Of a stretch of DNA of 64,000 nucleotides, positions 22,366 through 33,346 are shown piece by piece (position 1 is the first letter of the stretch; each line of letters begins with the position of its first letter). The notes beneath the pieces are model-generated. The model had not been told where the DNA came from, made no database searches, and was given only the letters and a program-made list of their open reading frames with translations. The translations under genes and the position numbers were made by a program. Location of the stretch: assembly GCA_035193785.1 (NCBI GenBank), contig CP136572.1, positions 3,028,578 through 3,092,577 of the forward strand, written 5' to 3'. This stretch comes from Planktothrix sp. GU0601_MAG3. Lineage in GTDB: Bacteria; Cyanobacteriota; Cyanobacteriia; Cyanobacteriales; Microcoleaceae.

Positions 22366-22498
22366 AATTTATAACAATTGCAAGAGATAACCGCCTGGAT
22401 CAAAATGGTAAAACCGTGAACTAATTTTCAAGTTGTCGGCGTTGTTGTTGGGCCGATGCCCTCTTTTATTAGGGGTAAAAGTCCAATAACTACAAAGA

Positions 22499-22748
22499 TT
22501 ACTTTTCAGCCTCTTGAGGCGTAGATTGTCGAACTAACTCAATGGTAGAAACCAAAAATAAAACCCATGGCGGCGCCGGCGAGGGCGTAAGTCCGAGGCG
22601 CCCGCGATTGACTATAACCCAGGTCTACAGAAGGGCCAATATTACAGCACTGATATTGTTTCTCGCTATATTTGGAAACTCCTAATCCAGCAATTGTACC
22701 GACCAACATCATCACCATACCCGATAACATAATCAGTCGCATATTCAT
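22499..22748 (-). CDS. Small two-TM hypothetical protein (+1 frameshift at 22548)
   Basis: Two hydrophobic segments; the corrected C-terminus reads GSTIELVRQSTPQEAEK*. Confidence 0.65.
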
Positions 22749-23019
22749 AACAGCCTTCCTGGGATCGCCCTAAATATAATTTGTTTTAAAATAACTCTAT
22801 ATCCTAAAATTAGCCCCAATTTTCCGTTTTTGAAAGGTATTTTTAACCTTGTTTACAAAAGTTTAAAAAAGTTGATGTAATTTGTAGAATTTTCTAGGCT
22901 TAATCCTTGATTAATCAGGGTTTACCGGGTTTATATACAATGCTGATATATTCAACTGATATAGTTAAAATTCTAAGTTTCGACGGAAATGGAAAAGTGA
23001 CCAAGCGAACAATCATAGA

Positions 23020-24304
23020 TTAGGTATTCATCCGCTCATAAATGGCAGAAGCAGCCGGAGAATAACGGGTGAGGTAACTAAAAATCCAGAATTTGATACA
23101 GGAATCAATAATTACGGGAAACCGTGGCAATAAAAGTATTAACCGCTACCCTACTTTCAGGGAGTCCAAAATGAGCGATCACACCTTCTAATAAAACTTC
23201 CCATCCTTCGGCGGAGTGAAAGCCCACAAACATATCCGTAATTAAAATAAATAAAAATACTTTCAAAGGATCACTCAAATTCAAGAAAGTTCGATTAGAA
23301 AAACTTCTTAATATTGTGATTTTAGTTCGATTAAAATAAACTAATCCCACAAAGGCAAGTAAAGCCACACCATCGGATAAAACATTTTTTAATCCATTCA
23401 AGGCACGATTACGAGATTCGCGCCAAATTTCGGTGGCTTTTTCTGATAATTTTTCTTCTTTTTCTTCCTCAGAAAGTAGTGGTTTTCCTGATAATAATTG
23501 TTTGATTTCTAAACCTTCTTTGAAAAAAGAATACTCCTGTAAAAACTCCTCCTGAATCGCAGAACTAAGTTCAATTTTAGTGGGATTTTTGTCACTATAA
23601 TTTCCCATTAAAGGGCTAAAAACTATATTTTTTACGGCAACCTGAACTAACAAAGGAATCAAGAATAAAATCAAAATCCAACGCCTAGCCACCTGATCTT
23701 GGCTGCGTCTAATTCTTAATTCTTGAACTACCTGTTGCTCATAGTCAGGTTTAACTTTATTTCCCCCAAACCATCCCCAACTCAACCAATTATTTTGGGG
23801 TTGAGGTGTAAAAATAGAGGTCGCCGATATAATTGGAGCATCTAGGGTACGGGCGCTGGCAGATTCATTATTTTCTTGTTTTAATTCTTCTGGAGTTAAC
23901 CCGATTGGTGTTGAGGTATGGGCTAAACTATTAATCAGGGCATCCTCGGATTCGTCCCGATATTTTTTGATCACCCCATCAATAAAATCGAGCTTTTCGA
24001 TAATTTCAATTTCGGGAATACCAACGGATTGAAATGTTTGTTCCTGGGATAAAGATTGAGGATTCCATAAAAAACTATTCAACTTGAATTGACTCAAATT
24101 GAAGCGAATTTTTAAGAGGTGGCGATCGCGTAAACTTTTAACATAATCAACCACCGTTTTTTTAGATTCAAGACGATACCCAATCGGATTACCCTGAAAA
24201 TATTTATCTTCGAGGGCTTGAATTTCTTGGGCACTTTGATAAGCGGATTCTAAGAGTTGAATTTGTCTTTGATTCCACCAATGATTAAATCTATTGAGAT
24301 TCAT
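23020..24304 (-). CDS. CemA/PxcA-family proton extrusion protein (+1 frameshift at 23118)
   Basis: ILITDMFVGFHSAEGWE; the corrected end reads FIATVPVIIDSCIKFWIFSYLTRYSPAASAIYERMNT. Confidence 0.88.
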
Positions 24305-24316
24305 AAATTCTCCAGA

Positions 24317-24914
24317 TCAATCAACACCACAACTAATTAAACGGGCAATAAAATAAACTTCCATTTTTGCTCCGTAGGGCGATCGCCACCACCCGGACGG
24401 ATGACAACCCACGGGAGCTTCTGAACTAAAATCAAGATCTTCATAATCTAATAATTTATTATTGACACTCCATCCAAATTGAGCCTCCATTGCTTGTAAA
24501 ACTTTCATATCAATATCAGAAATATCATCGGTTTCCCCCCAAACTGGTATAAATTTGTTGTTGAACACTAAAGCCAAAACGATCTTTACTGTAGCTCATC
24601 CACAGTTGATCCAGTAGGCTTAATGCACTACAGGGAAAATTCATCACTTCATCAGGAATAATATTTTCCAGACTGTTTTTCCCCATAATTTCTAACATAA
24701 TTCTTGTAGTTTCCTCATCGGCAGCTTTCCAATTTTCGGCTTCTAAAAAATCCCGTAATTTTTGGTATCGGTATACATCCGTTAATAATAATAACGCCTT
24801 ATCTAACTTCTGTTCTAAGCGTTCAATGCGTTCGGATAAAAACTCTAAACTCAAAGGTTGAGATTGAGGTTTAGATCCTTTTGGTTGTTGTGGTGGTAGA
24901 GATTCGTTTGACAT
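24317..24914 (-). CDS. GUN4-domain protein (+1 frameshift at 24531)
   Basis: Motifs YQKLRDFL, WKAADEET, DQLWMSYSKDRFGFSVQ and APVGCHP. Confidence 0.85.
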
Positions 24915-24986
24915 ATTTTGTAGATATAAAAGGGCATAGGTAATAGGCTATGGGCTGAAGGCTCATTCAACCCCAGCGCCTATAAC

Positions 24987-27900
24987 TTATGATAATTTAG
25001 GATTGACTGGCTCACTACTATCTTGTTGGATAGAACCATTATCCGAGGAGGGCGAAGTCTCAGAAGTTTTACCCGGGGAATGCTGATTTTCCGGGGGAGA
25101 GGGGGGTTTATTTTTATCCGATTTATTGTTATTAGATTTATCGGATTTTTCCCCTTTCAGAAAACGGGCTTCCAGGGTTTTAATAGTAATATACAGGTTC
25201 GGTGTAATTAACAAACTTAACACGGTTCCCGCCAACAAACCCCCAAAAATTGCCGTTCCCAATGACCAACGACTACTAGAACCCGCACCGGAGGCAACCA
25301 CCAACGGCCAAAACCCAATTAAACTAGAAATCGCCGTCATTTGAATCGGTCGGAACCGTTGTTCCGCCGCTTGAATTGCCGCCTGGGTAATACTCAAGCC
25401 CTTGTCCCGCAGTTGGTTAGCAAACTCCACAATTAAAATAGAGTTTTTAGAAGCCAAACCAATCAACATCACCAGGGCCACCTGCACATAGACATCATTG
25501 GTGATCACCGGCCAGACCGTCCCTTGCATCAGGATATTTGACCGGAAACCAAACCGCGGCCATCGCCCCCAAGACCGCCAGAGGCACGGACAACATAATA
25601 ATCGTCGGATCGATATAACTTTCATACTGGGCCGACAGCACCAGAAATACCATGATAAAAGCTAATCCGAAAATTAGAACAGCCGAACCCCCGGAGGATT
25701 TTTCCTCTAGGGCGCTTCCCTGCCAGGAATAATCAAAACCGGGGTCTAAGACCTCAGCGGCTAATTTTTCCATTTCGGCGATCGCTTGGCCCGTACTGGA
25801 GCCGGCGGCGGGGTTGCCTTGAATTAGCATGGAACGGAAAATATTAAAATGGTTAATGGTTTCCGGCCCCACAAAATCCGTGAGTTTCACCAAATTACTC
25901 AGAGCAATCATCTCGCCGTCTTGGGAACGCACATATAACTGAGAAATATCTTCGGGTCTGGCGCGAAATTCTGGGGAAGCCTGGGCATAAACCCGATATT
26001 GACGCTGACCCAGGACAAAATCATTCACGTATGATGACCCTAAATAGGTTTGTAGCGTGCCAAAGATATCATTAATATTGACATTTAGGGCCTTGGCGCG
26101 ATCGCGTAGAACCTCCACCCGCTTCTGAGCTTTACTGGCTGAAAACTGACTAAATACCCCGGCGAAAGTCGGGTTGGCATTAGCCGCGGCGATTAAACGA
26201 TTACCATTTTCCACTAAGGATTGAATTGGTAAAGTCCCCGTTGTATCTAATAACTGAAATTCAAAGCCTCCGGTGGTACTCAAACCCTGTACCGGGGGCG
26301 CATTCACCGCGAAGGCTTGAACTTCAGGAATCGATTGTAAAGACCCATTTAATTTTCTTAAAACCCCATAAACCGATTGTTCCGGGCTCTGGCGTTCTTC
26401 CCAGTGTTTCAGTAACACAAAGGCGATCCCTTGACTGGGGTTTTGTCCCTCAAAACCAAATCCCGGCACCACAAAGGCACTTTCAATTTCAGGAATGGCT
26501 AAAACCCGATCCACAATTTGCTCCGAGGCCTTAGCGGTATAGTTGAGGGACACCCCATCGGGAGTCCGAAACAGAATCAACAGATAGCCCTGATCTTCTT
26601 CGGGAACAAATCCCGAGGGTACAAGTTGATAGACCAACACCGTGGCCACTAACCCCGCCACGAATACACCCATAACTAAGGCATTAATCCGGGTTAAAAA
26701 GGTAATGAATTTACGATATCCTTCCTGTACCCAACCAAAACCCTGATTAAATCGATCAAAAAACCATCCTAAAGGCCCGTGGCTTTCCTTCTTGGGGCGG
26801 AGTAATAACCCGGCCATACTGGGGGAAAAGGAAAGGGCGTTAAAGGTAGAAAACACCAGGGCAAAAATAATCGTCATGGCGAATTGCCGATAAATCGCCC
26901 CGGTAGTTTCCTGGGAAAAAGGACACGGGAATAAAAACTGCCATCAACACCACCGAAGTGGCAATGGTCGCCCCGGTGAGTTCCTGCATGGCATCTAAAG
27001 CCGCTTGACGGGCTTTCATCCCCTGTTCAATTTTGATCGAGACAGCTTCTACAATCACGATCGCATCGTCCACCACTAACCCCGTTGCCAAGGTACAAGC
27101 AAATAGGGTTAAGGTATTGAGTTCAAAACCAAAGACTTTTAACCCGGCCATGGCCCCGATTAGGGCTACGGGAATGGCAATGGAGGGAATTAAGGTGGCC
27201 CGCCAGTCCTGTAGAAAAATAAAAATCACCAACACCACTAAGCCCACGGCCATCAGTAAACTGATCACCACTTCCTCAAGGGACACCTTAATAAATAGAG
27301 TCGTATCATAGGCAATCTGGTTTTTGAGTCCCGGGGGGAAACTTTTGGCCATTTCCGCAATTTTGGCTTTGATTTGATCGGAAGTTTCTAAGGCATTACT
27401 TCCGGGTAATTGATAAATCCCTAAACCCGCAGAGGGTTCTCCGTTAAAGGTGGCTGCTAGATCGTAGCTTTCCGCCCCTAATTCCGCCTTTCCCACATCC
27501 CGAATGGTAATTAAACTACCATCACTATTGGTTTTTAGTACCAGTTGTTCAAATTCTTCCGCCCCCCGCAGCCGACTTGTGGCCTGTAGGGGAATTTCAA
27601 ATAGTTGATCGGGGGGAGTGGGTTGTTGACCAATTTTTCCCGCCCCGACTTGGACGTTTTGTTCGCGTAAAGCTGCGACTACATCCTGAGCCGTTAACCC
27701 CCTGGCGGCCATCCGAGGCGGATCGAGCCAGAGTCGCATGGCATATTTCCGTTCCCCAAAGATTGTTACCTGACCTACCCCTGGAATTCGACTAATTTGG
27801 TCAACAATAAACAGATCAATATAGTTACTAATAAAGGTGGGATCGTAGAGGGGTTTTCCCGTTTCATCTTTGTCGGAATAAAACCCGATCACCAGGAGAA

Positions 27901-28316
27901 TATTGGGCGATGACGCTTGAAACCGAGAGTCCGGTTTGCTTGACAACATCAGGTAAATTAGATTCGGCTTGGGCCACTCGGTTTTGGACGTTCACCTGAG
28001 CAATATTCCGATCCGCATCATTGGGAAAAAACACCGAAATATTGCTGATGCCGTTATTGCCCGTACTAGAGGACATATATTTCATCCCCTCCACCCCGTT
28101 GATTTCTCGCTCGATGATGGTGGTAACGGTGGTTTCGGTGGTTTCCGCATCCGCCCCAATATTAAACCCGGTAACGCTAATTTGGGTATTCGCCAGGTTG
28201 GGGAGTTGGGTAATCGGCAGCAGGGGAACCGAGATAGCCCCGATCAAAATAATCAGGATACTACAGACCGTCGTTAGGACGGGTCGTTTAATAAAGGTTT
28301 GAACAAACAGAAGCAT
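24987..28316 (-). CDS. RND efflux permease, HAE1/AcrB family (+1 frameshifts at 25545, 26906 and 27919)
   Basis: Motifs FIKRPV, GLVVDDAIVIVE, FVPEEDQG, IGLASKNSILIVEFA and RFRPIQMT. Four ORFs fuse to about 1108 aa. Confidence 0.95.
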
Positions 28317-28390
28317 AGCAATCTTCTCAGGGGTTGGCAGTTAGTGGGGTTTGGCAATTAACGAGGTTCACGGAATCGGTGTTTTCTCAT

Positions 28391-30029
28391 TTATTGTTTT
28401 CCCGGTGAGGGGGCATCGGTCTTGGGTTGCTGTTTTTGATCCATAATGGGTGTACCATCTCGTAACTTGACCACGCCATCTATAACCACTTTTTCTCCGG
28501 TTTTTAAACCCGAGCGAACTTCAAAGCTCTGACCTTGAATACTGCCCAACTGCACGGGTTTTTGTCTGGCGATTAATTGAGTTTTCCCATCCTGGGTTTG
28601 TTCTTGGGCAACAAATACAAAACTTTGATCGCCAATCCGACTAATGGAGGTTACGGGAACGGTAATTCCCGATTGTTGTTCCCAGATTACCTTAGCTCGG
28701 ACAATTTGATCGGTTCGCAGTCGATTATTGCGGTTATCATAAAGGGCTTTGACTAAAATGGTTTGGGTTCCTGTCCCGGCACTCGGGGCGATATAGGAGA
28801 CCTGGGAGTTGCCGATTAATTCTCCGGTTTCTTGAGATCTAAGCTCGACTAAAGTTCCAGCCCTAATTTGAGAGAGGCGTTCAATCGGAATATTAATTTG
28901 AACTTCTAATAAATCATTTTGTCGAATGGTGGTAATTGTAGTTTGACTATCGACAAAATCTCCGGCTTTTACTAATACCTCCCCTACGATTCCATCAATC
29001 GGGGAATTGATTTGATAATATCCTAATTGGATTTGTCCGGCTGTTGCGGTTGACCGAGCTTGGTCAATATCGCGCTGGAGTCGTTGGATTTCTGATTCTT
29101 GAGCCTGAATTACTTTTTCTTGACTGGCGATTTGAGCGCTCAGGGTTGAGACTTGACGATTATAATTCTGTGTGGCACTTTCAACTTTGGCCCCAGAAGC
29201 ATCGATCCGTCTTTGTTGCGTCTCAATTTGGCTATTTAAGGTGGAAATTTGACGTTCTAGGTTTTGTTGGGCGGTTTCTAACTTTCGCCTGAAGGGACAT
29301 AATCTCCCGTTCTTGAGCGGCAAAATCCGATTCCGTTGCTTGATAGTCGCGCAATTTTTGATCGTAGATTTCTGAGGATACGACCCCTTGGTCATACAGT
29401 TCTTTATAACGATCATAAGCTCTTTTTCGTTCATCCATAATCGCCCGTCGGCGATCGCGTTCATTGATTCCAACTAGGACATTTTCTTGGGCGGTTTTTA
29501 GCTCATCGGCGACGGAGGTATATTCTAATTCATACTCTAATCGCTGTTTTTCTTTTTTTTCCGCAGCTAGGCTTTGTTGAGCATCTTGTAAATCCGCTTC
29601 TTGGGATTGATAGGTAAGTTGGGCCTGTATTCGCTGTAATTCTGCTCGTTGGGCGTCCAGATTTGCCCTGGCGGTGTTGAGTTGTGCCATTCTGGACTCA
29701 ACGCTGGCCAATTGACCTTCATAATTCGCCTGTTGTTGGCGACCGTCAATTTGAATTAAGGGGGTATTTTGGGAAATGCGATCGCCTAAACGAACAAAAA
29801 CCTGTTTCACCCAGCCATTCACCCGGGGTTGAATTACGGCATTTTCAATTCCCTCGACCCTAGCATTGAATTCGCTCGTGTTTCTAACATTACTCATTCC
29901 CACCACGGCTAAATTCACGGATACGGGTGGAGGAGCAGCCGCCTGGGGTTCACTTCCACAAGCAGTCATCAGGAAGCTAGTTAGGATAAGAGGAAAATAG
30001 GAATTCCAAGATGCTGGATGCTTGTTCAT
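28391..30029 (-). CDS. RND periplasmic adaptor (MFP) lipoprotein with long coiled coil (+1 frameshift at 29274)
   Basis: Lipobox MTAC, lipoyl-like IQPRVNG and INSPIDG, C-terminal GLKTGEKVVIDG; lies upstream of the RND permease. Confidence 0.9.
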
Positions 30030-30195
30030 GGTTTTGCCGGAAACGGGAAATAGAAAATAAACTCAATTGAGAATATTGGAAGTGTATTATATCGGGTATT
30101 TTGATAATTTTGGGATCGGCACAATAATTCTTATCACTCAGTTTGATGATTTCAAAGAAGGGAACACCGGAACACCGGAACCAAAGTAATTCTTA

Positions 30196-30840
30196 TCACT
30201 CAGTTTGATGATTTAAAGGAACTCTTGTAGTTAAATAAAATACCGCCCCAAATAAGGGAATTAAGCTAATCCACTCTAATATTACAGAATTTTTCATTTC
30301 TCGTCTAGCCCGATCATCTGTTAATAAAACCGGAAACAGAAGACTTAACAATACAAAGTCCAGACTCATAACGTGGATAAAACGACTGGTTTGCCACTGT
30401 TGAATAAAATCTTCCCAATTGCCTTGAGTTAAACCATAACTCACCAGTCCCACCGTGACGATTGTTAATAATAGTCCGGTAATTCGAGAATCTAATATTT
30501 TTATAAACCATGATTCTTTTCCTAAAAATTGAGGGTTAGGTTGGCGCAAAGCTAGGTAAGGCAAAATCGCAAAAGCACCTACCCCAAAAGATAAGGTTGC
30601 AAACAACCAAGCCGGAGTTTTTTGCCCATGTCCATCAATAAACAGAACACAGCTATAAATTAACGGCCAAATTCCCATAATATTAAATAGGGCAATAATT
30701 AAAGGATTAATTCCTGTCCAGTTCCCCGTTGATAGATTTTTGATTAAATCCAAAGTCTCAGGTTGATCCGGCGGTGCAAAGATAAACGCATACAAAACAA
30801 ATCCCAACCAAATAAAACCGAAAATGATCTTGTTTTTCAT
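30196..30840 (-). CDS. DUF2834-like membrane protein
   Basis: Motifs LFNIMGIWP, GAFAILPYLALR, SRFIHVMSLDF and DDRARR. Confidence 0.75.
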   Translation of the reverse strand: MKNKIIFGFIWLGFVLYAFIFAPPDQPETLDLIKNLSTGNWTGINPLIIALFNIMGIWPLIYSCVLFIDGHGQKTPAWLFATLSFGVGAFAILPYLALRQPNPQFLGKESWFIKILDSRITGLLLTIVTVGLVSYGLTQGNWEDFIQQWQTSRFIHVMSLDFVLLSLLFPVLLTDDRARREMKNSVILEWISLIPLFGAVFYLTTRVPLNHQTE

Positions 30841-30956
30841 AATAAAAATTAGGGCATTGAGCAGAGGTTATTTTGAGGAAATAGGCTTTTTCAGTTATCA
30901 GTCAAGACAAAGCAATGGGTCATTACAAATTACGAATGGGTAATGGGTAATAAACT

Positions 30957-31021
30957 TTTAACTGATGACTTTTAACTGATGACTTTCAACTGATGACTGT
31001 TAACTGATAACTGATGACTGA
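30957..31021. repeat. Short tandem repeats (AACTGATGACT-based, about 14-bp period)
   Basis: Seen directly downstream of the CsoR-family gene. Confidence 0.7.
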
Positions 31022-31022
31022 T

Positions 31023-31394
31023 TTAGGGTAAAAATCGATCTAATGCTGTTTTTAATGCTTCAATTTCAACATCAATATTTCCTTCTTTTGCCGCCCTAGC
31101 CACACATTCACTCAAATGTTCATCTAAAATAATTCGAGATACCCGATCTAAAGCCCCTCGAATCGCGGCAATTTGGATTAAGACATCAGGACAAGGGCGA
31201 TTTTCCTGTACCATGGTTTTGACACCCCGAATATGTCCTTCCAAGCGTGATAGACGATTGACTATCTTTCGCAAAGATTCTTCACTATGAATATGGGGAT
31301 GGCTAGAATGTTCAGGATGATGATGATGTTCTAGCAAGTTGTTGAGTTCTTCGACTGTGGGCTCTAAGTCATTCATCTGTTTGTTAATATACAA
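31023..31394 (-). CDS. inrS: CsoR/RcnR-family metal-sensing repressor (InrS-like)
   Basis: His-rich N-terminus, then RLSRLEGHIRG, PCPDVLIQ and EHLSEC; resembles my recollection of cyanobacterial InrS. Confidence 0.8.
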   Translation of the reverse strand: MYINKQMNDLEPTVEELNNLLEHHHHPEHSSHPHIHSEESLRKIVNRLSRLEGHIRGVKTMVQENRPCPDVLIQIAAIRGALDRVSRIILDEHLSECVARAAKEGNIDVEIEALKTALDRFLP

Positions 31395-31788
31395 TTGACA
31401 AATATTTAATGATTGTACCTCAATTCTCTATTTATGTACGCAATAGTTTATGATTAAAGGGTTTCACTGAAATAACAACCGTTGTTGTGCTTCAGAACTT
31501 CCTGGCCGTATTTGTATGAAATCAAGCAAAATCTTAAAATTTATATTAATATTTAAAATGGGGAAAAATAGAACGATTTTATACTAAATAATAGAATATA
31601 AACAATGTTTAGAGCTTGCTAAAGCAGCCCAATTTTTCATACTTTTTTATGAGCGTATTCTTTTTACTATTGGTGAGGAGTTAAATTTTTAGCAGCGATC
31701 ACCCCTTAAAGGAGTTTCAGTGCTACACTAAAATTACAGTATTGTTCGGTGGCAATTGCGTCATACCCTACTTGCAGGAGGAAAATAC

Positions 31789-31989
31789 ATGGTAACTACG
31801 CTCGAAATTGACAAAACTCTTCTTCAAAAAGCTCTTGATTTGAGTAACCATTCAACACCTACTACATTAATTGAAGCAGCTTTACGCGAGTATATTCAAC
31901 GTCGTAAACAACTAAAAATATTAGAATTGTTTGGTACTATTGACTACGATGAAGATTATAACTACAAGCAACAGCGACAAACCTTATGA
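31789..31989 (+). CDS. VapB-type antitoxin (DUF2191-like)
   Basis: Motifs IDKTLLQKA, EAALREYIQRRKQ and LFGTIDYDEDYNYK; preceded by a GGAGG RBS. Confidence 0.8.
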   Translation: MVTTLEIDKTLLQKALDLSNHSTPTTLIEAALREYIQRRKQLKILELFGTIDYDEDYNYKQQRQTL

Positions 31990-32084
31990 ATGTTCTTGTT
32001 GATAGTTCGGTTTGGTCGCTGGCATTCCGGCGCAACACAACAAATGATGCGATCGCGCTTCTAAAAAATATCGATCGCCCCTAA
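31986..32084 (+). pseudogene. Truncated VapC/PIN toxin remnant
   Basis: ATGA overlap with the antitoxin. MNVLVDSSVWSLAFRR is a PIN N-terminus; the frame runs into a HIP1 site at 32049 and stops after 32 aa. Confidence 0.75.
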
Positions 32085-32159
32085 TAAAAAAGAGGGATAC
32101 CAGTGCATTGTCAAATAAAATAAGCTTAATACTTGAAAAGTGATGAAAAAGATTGTAGT

Positions 32160-32501
32160 ATGAAAATTCCTCATGATGCCATTATTCCAGATTCTAAAAT
32201 AACTCGCTATTTGCTCGTTCTTAGAGAACAAGATGACAAATCAAAATTTCTCGCACAGGCTGGATTTACCCAAGATAATCCAGAACAGTTAATATCAGCC
32301 CTGTGTCAATTAGCTGATGCAGTAGAAGCCGTAGAAGACACAACTAACGAATATGGAATTTTTTATCGTGTAGAAGGAGAGTTAATCGGCATTAACAACA
32401 GAAATTTATCAGTAATTACAATTTGGCTTAACCGTAAAATAGACGGCAAATTTCAGTTTATCACCCTTAAACCTAAGAAGGAGAAATCAATAAATGTTTG
32501 A
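32160..32501 (+). CDS. DUF6883-like protein
   Basis: Motifs AIIPDSKITRYLL, DKSKFLAQAGF and FITLKP; overlaps the downstream DUF4926 gene. Confidence 0.7.
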   Translation: MKIPHDAIIPDSKITRYLLVLREQDDKSKFLAQAGFTQDNPEQLISALCQLADAVEAVEDTTNEYGIFYRVEGELIGINNRNLSVITIWLNRKIDGKFQFITLKPKKEKSINV

Positions 32502-32739
32502 CCTTTACCAGCGCGTTTCATTAAATAGTGATTTTCCAGAATATCACCTCAAAAAAGGCGATGTAGCCACTCTCATTGATTATGTCCCCCATCCCGGCAA
32601 CGGCGAACAAGGTAGCGTGCTAGAAATCTTCAGTGCTACTGGGGAATCAATTGCCGTTGTTATTGTTCCTATTTCTGCAATTAAACCCTTGAGAAACGAT
32701 GAAGTTTTAACCGTTCGGCGCCTAGCAGAGGTTAGCTAA
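32494..32739 (+). CDS. DUF4926 domain protein
   Basis: Motifs LYQRVSL, PEYHLKKGDVAT and LEIFSATGES. Confidence 0.8.
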   Translation: MFDLYQRVSLNSDFPEYHLKKGDVATLIDYVPHPGNGEQGSVLEIFSATGESIAVVIVPISAIKPLRNDEVLTVRRLAEVS

Positions 32740-32770
32740 ATTGTAGGATAGAAGTAAAGTAATGGGGAGA

Positions 32771-33286
32771 GCGATCGCACTTTCGGAAAATAAGAGCGAT
32801 CGCATCTTCTAAATAAAGAGCGATCGCACCTTTTGTTATTTGGGATGGGAGAGGCGCGATCGCACTTTCAAAAATCAAAATCATATCAACTATAAGCCTC
32901 ATCATGACTACCAATATAATATTAGTCTGCCAAAAGATTTGCAATTGCTTCTTCCGCAGTGCCACAAAAAGCTGTGCCATTTTTCTTGGCTTCTCGTGTC
33001 AGCTTGACAGATTTTAGTATTTCTTGTTCTTGTAACTCTAGCCGGCGTTTTTGCAGAAACTCAATCAGTTGATCTCGTTCTTCTGAAGTTAAATTATCAA
33101 ATGTATTAATCAAATTTTGTTTAAAAGTGATGTTCATATTAATATTTCGTCGTTTTATCAAAGTTAAATTGATTATAGCAAAATATTTTTGATGTTCTGA
33201 AAATGATCGCCCGATAAAATATCAAAAGGGCGATCGCATCTTCTAAATAAAAAGCGATCGCACTTTAGAAAAAAAAGAGCGATCGC
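32771..33286. repeat. Two dense HIP1 (GCGATCGC) clusters
   Basis: Exact copies at 32771, 32796, 32820, 32856 and at 33230, 33254, 33279, many about 24-25 bp apart. Confidence 0.9.
32922..33138 (-). CDS. Small antitoxin-like hypothetical protein
   Basis: Helical protein of about 71 aa (LTSEERDQLIEFLQKR ... GTAEEAIANL) between the HIP1 clusters. Confidence 0.6.
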
Positions 33287-33346
33287 ATTGTCTAAATAAA
33301 AACTCATCACTCCTAATAAAAAGGAGCGATACCACTAGCATATGGT

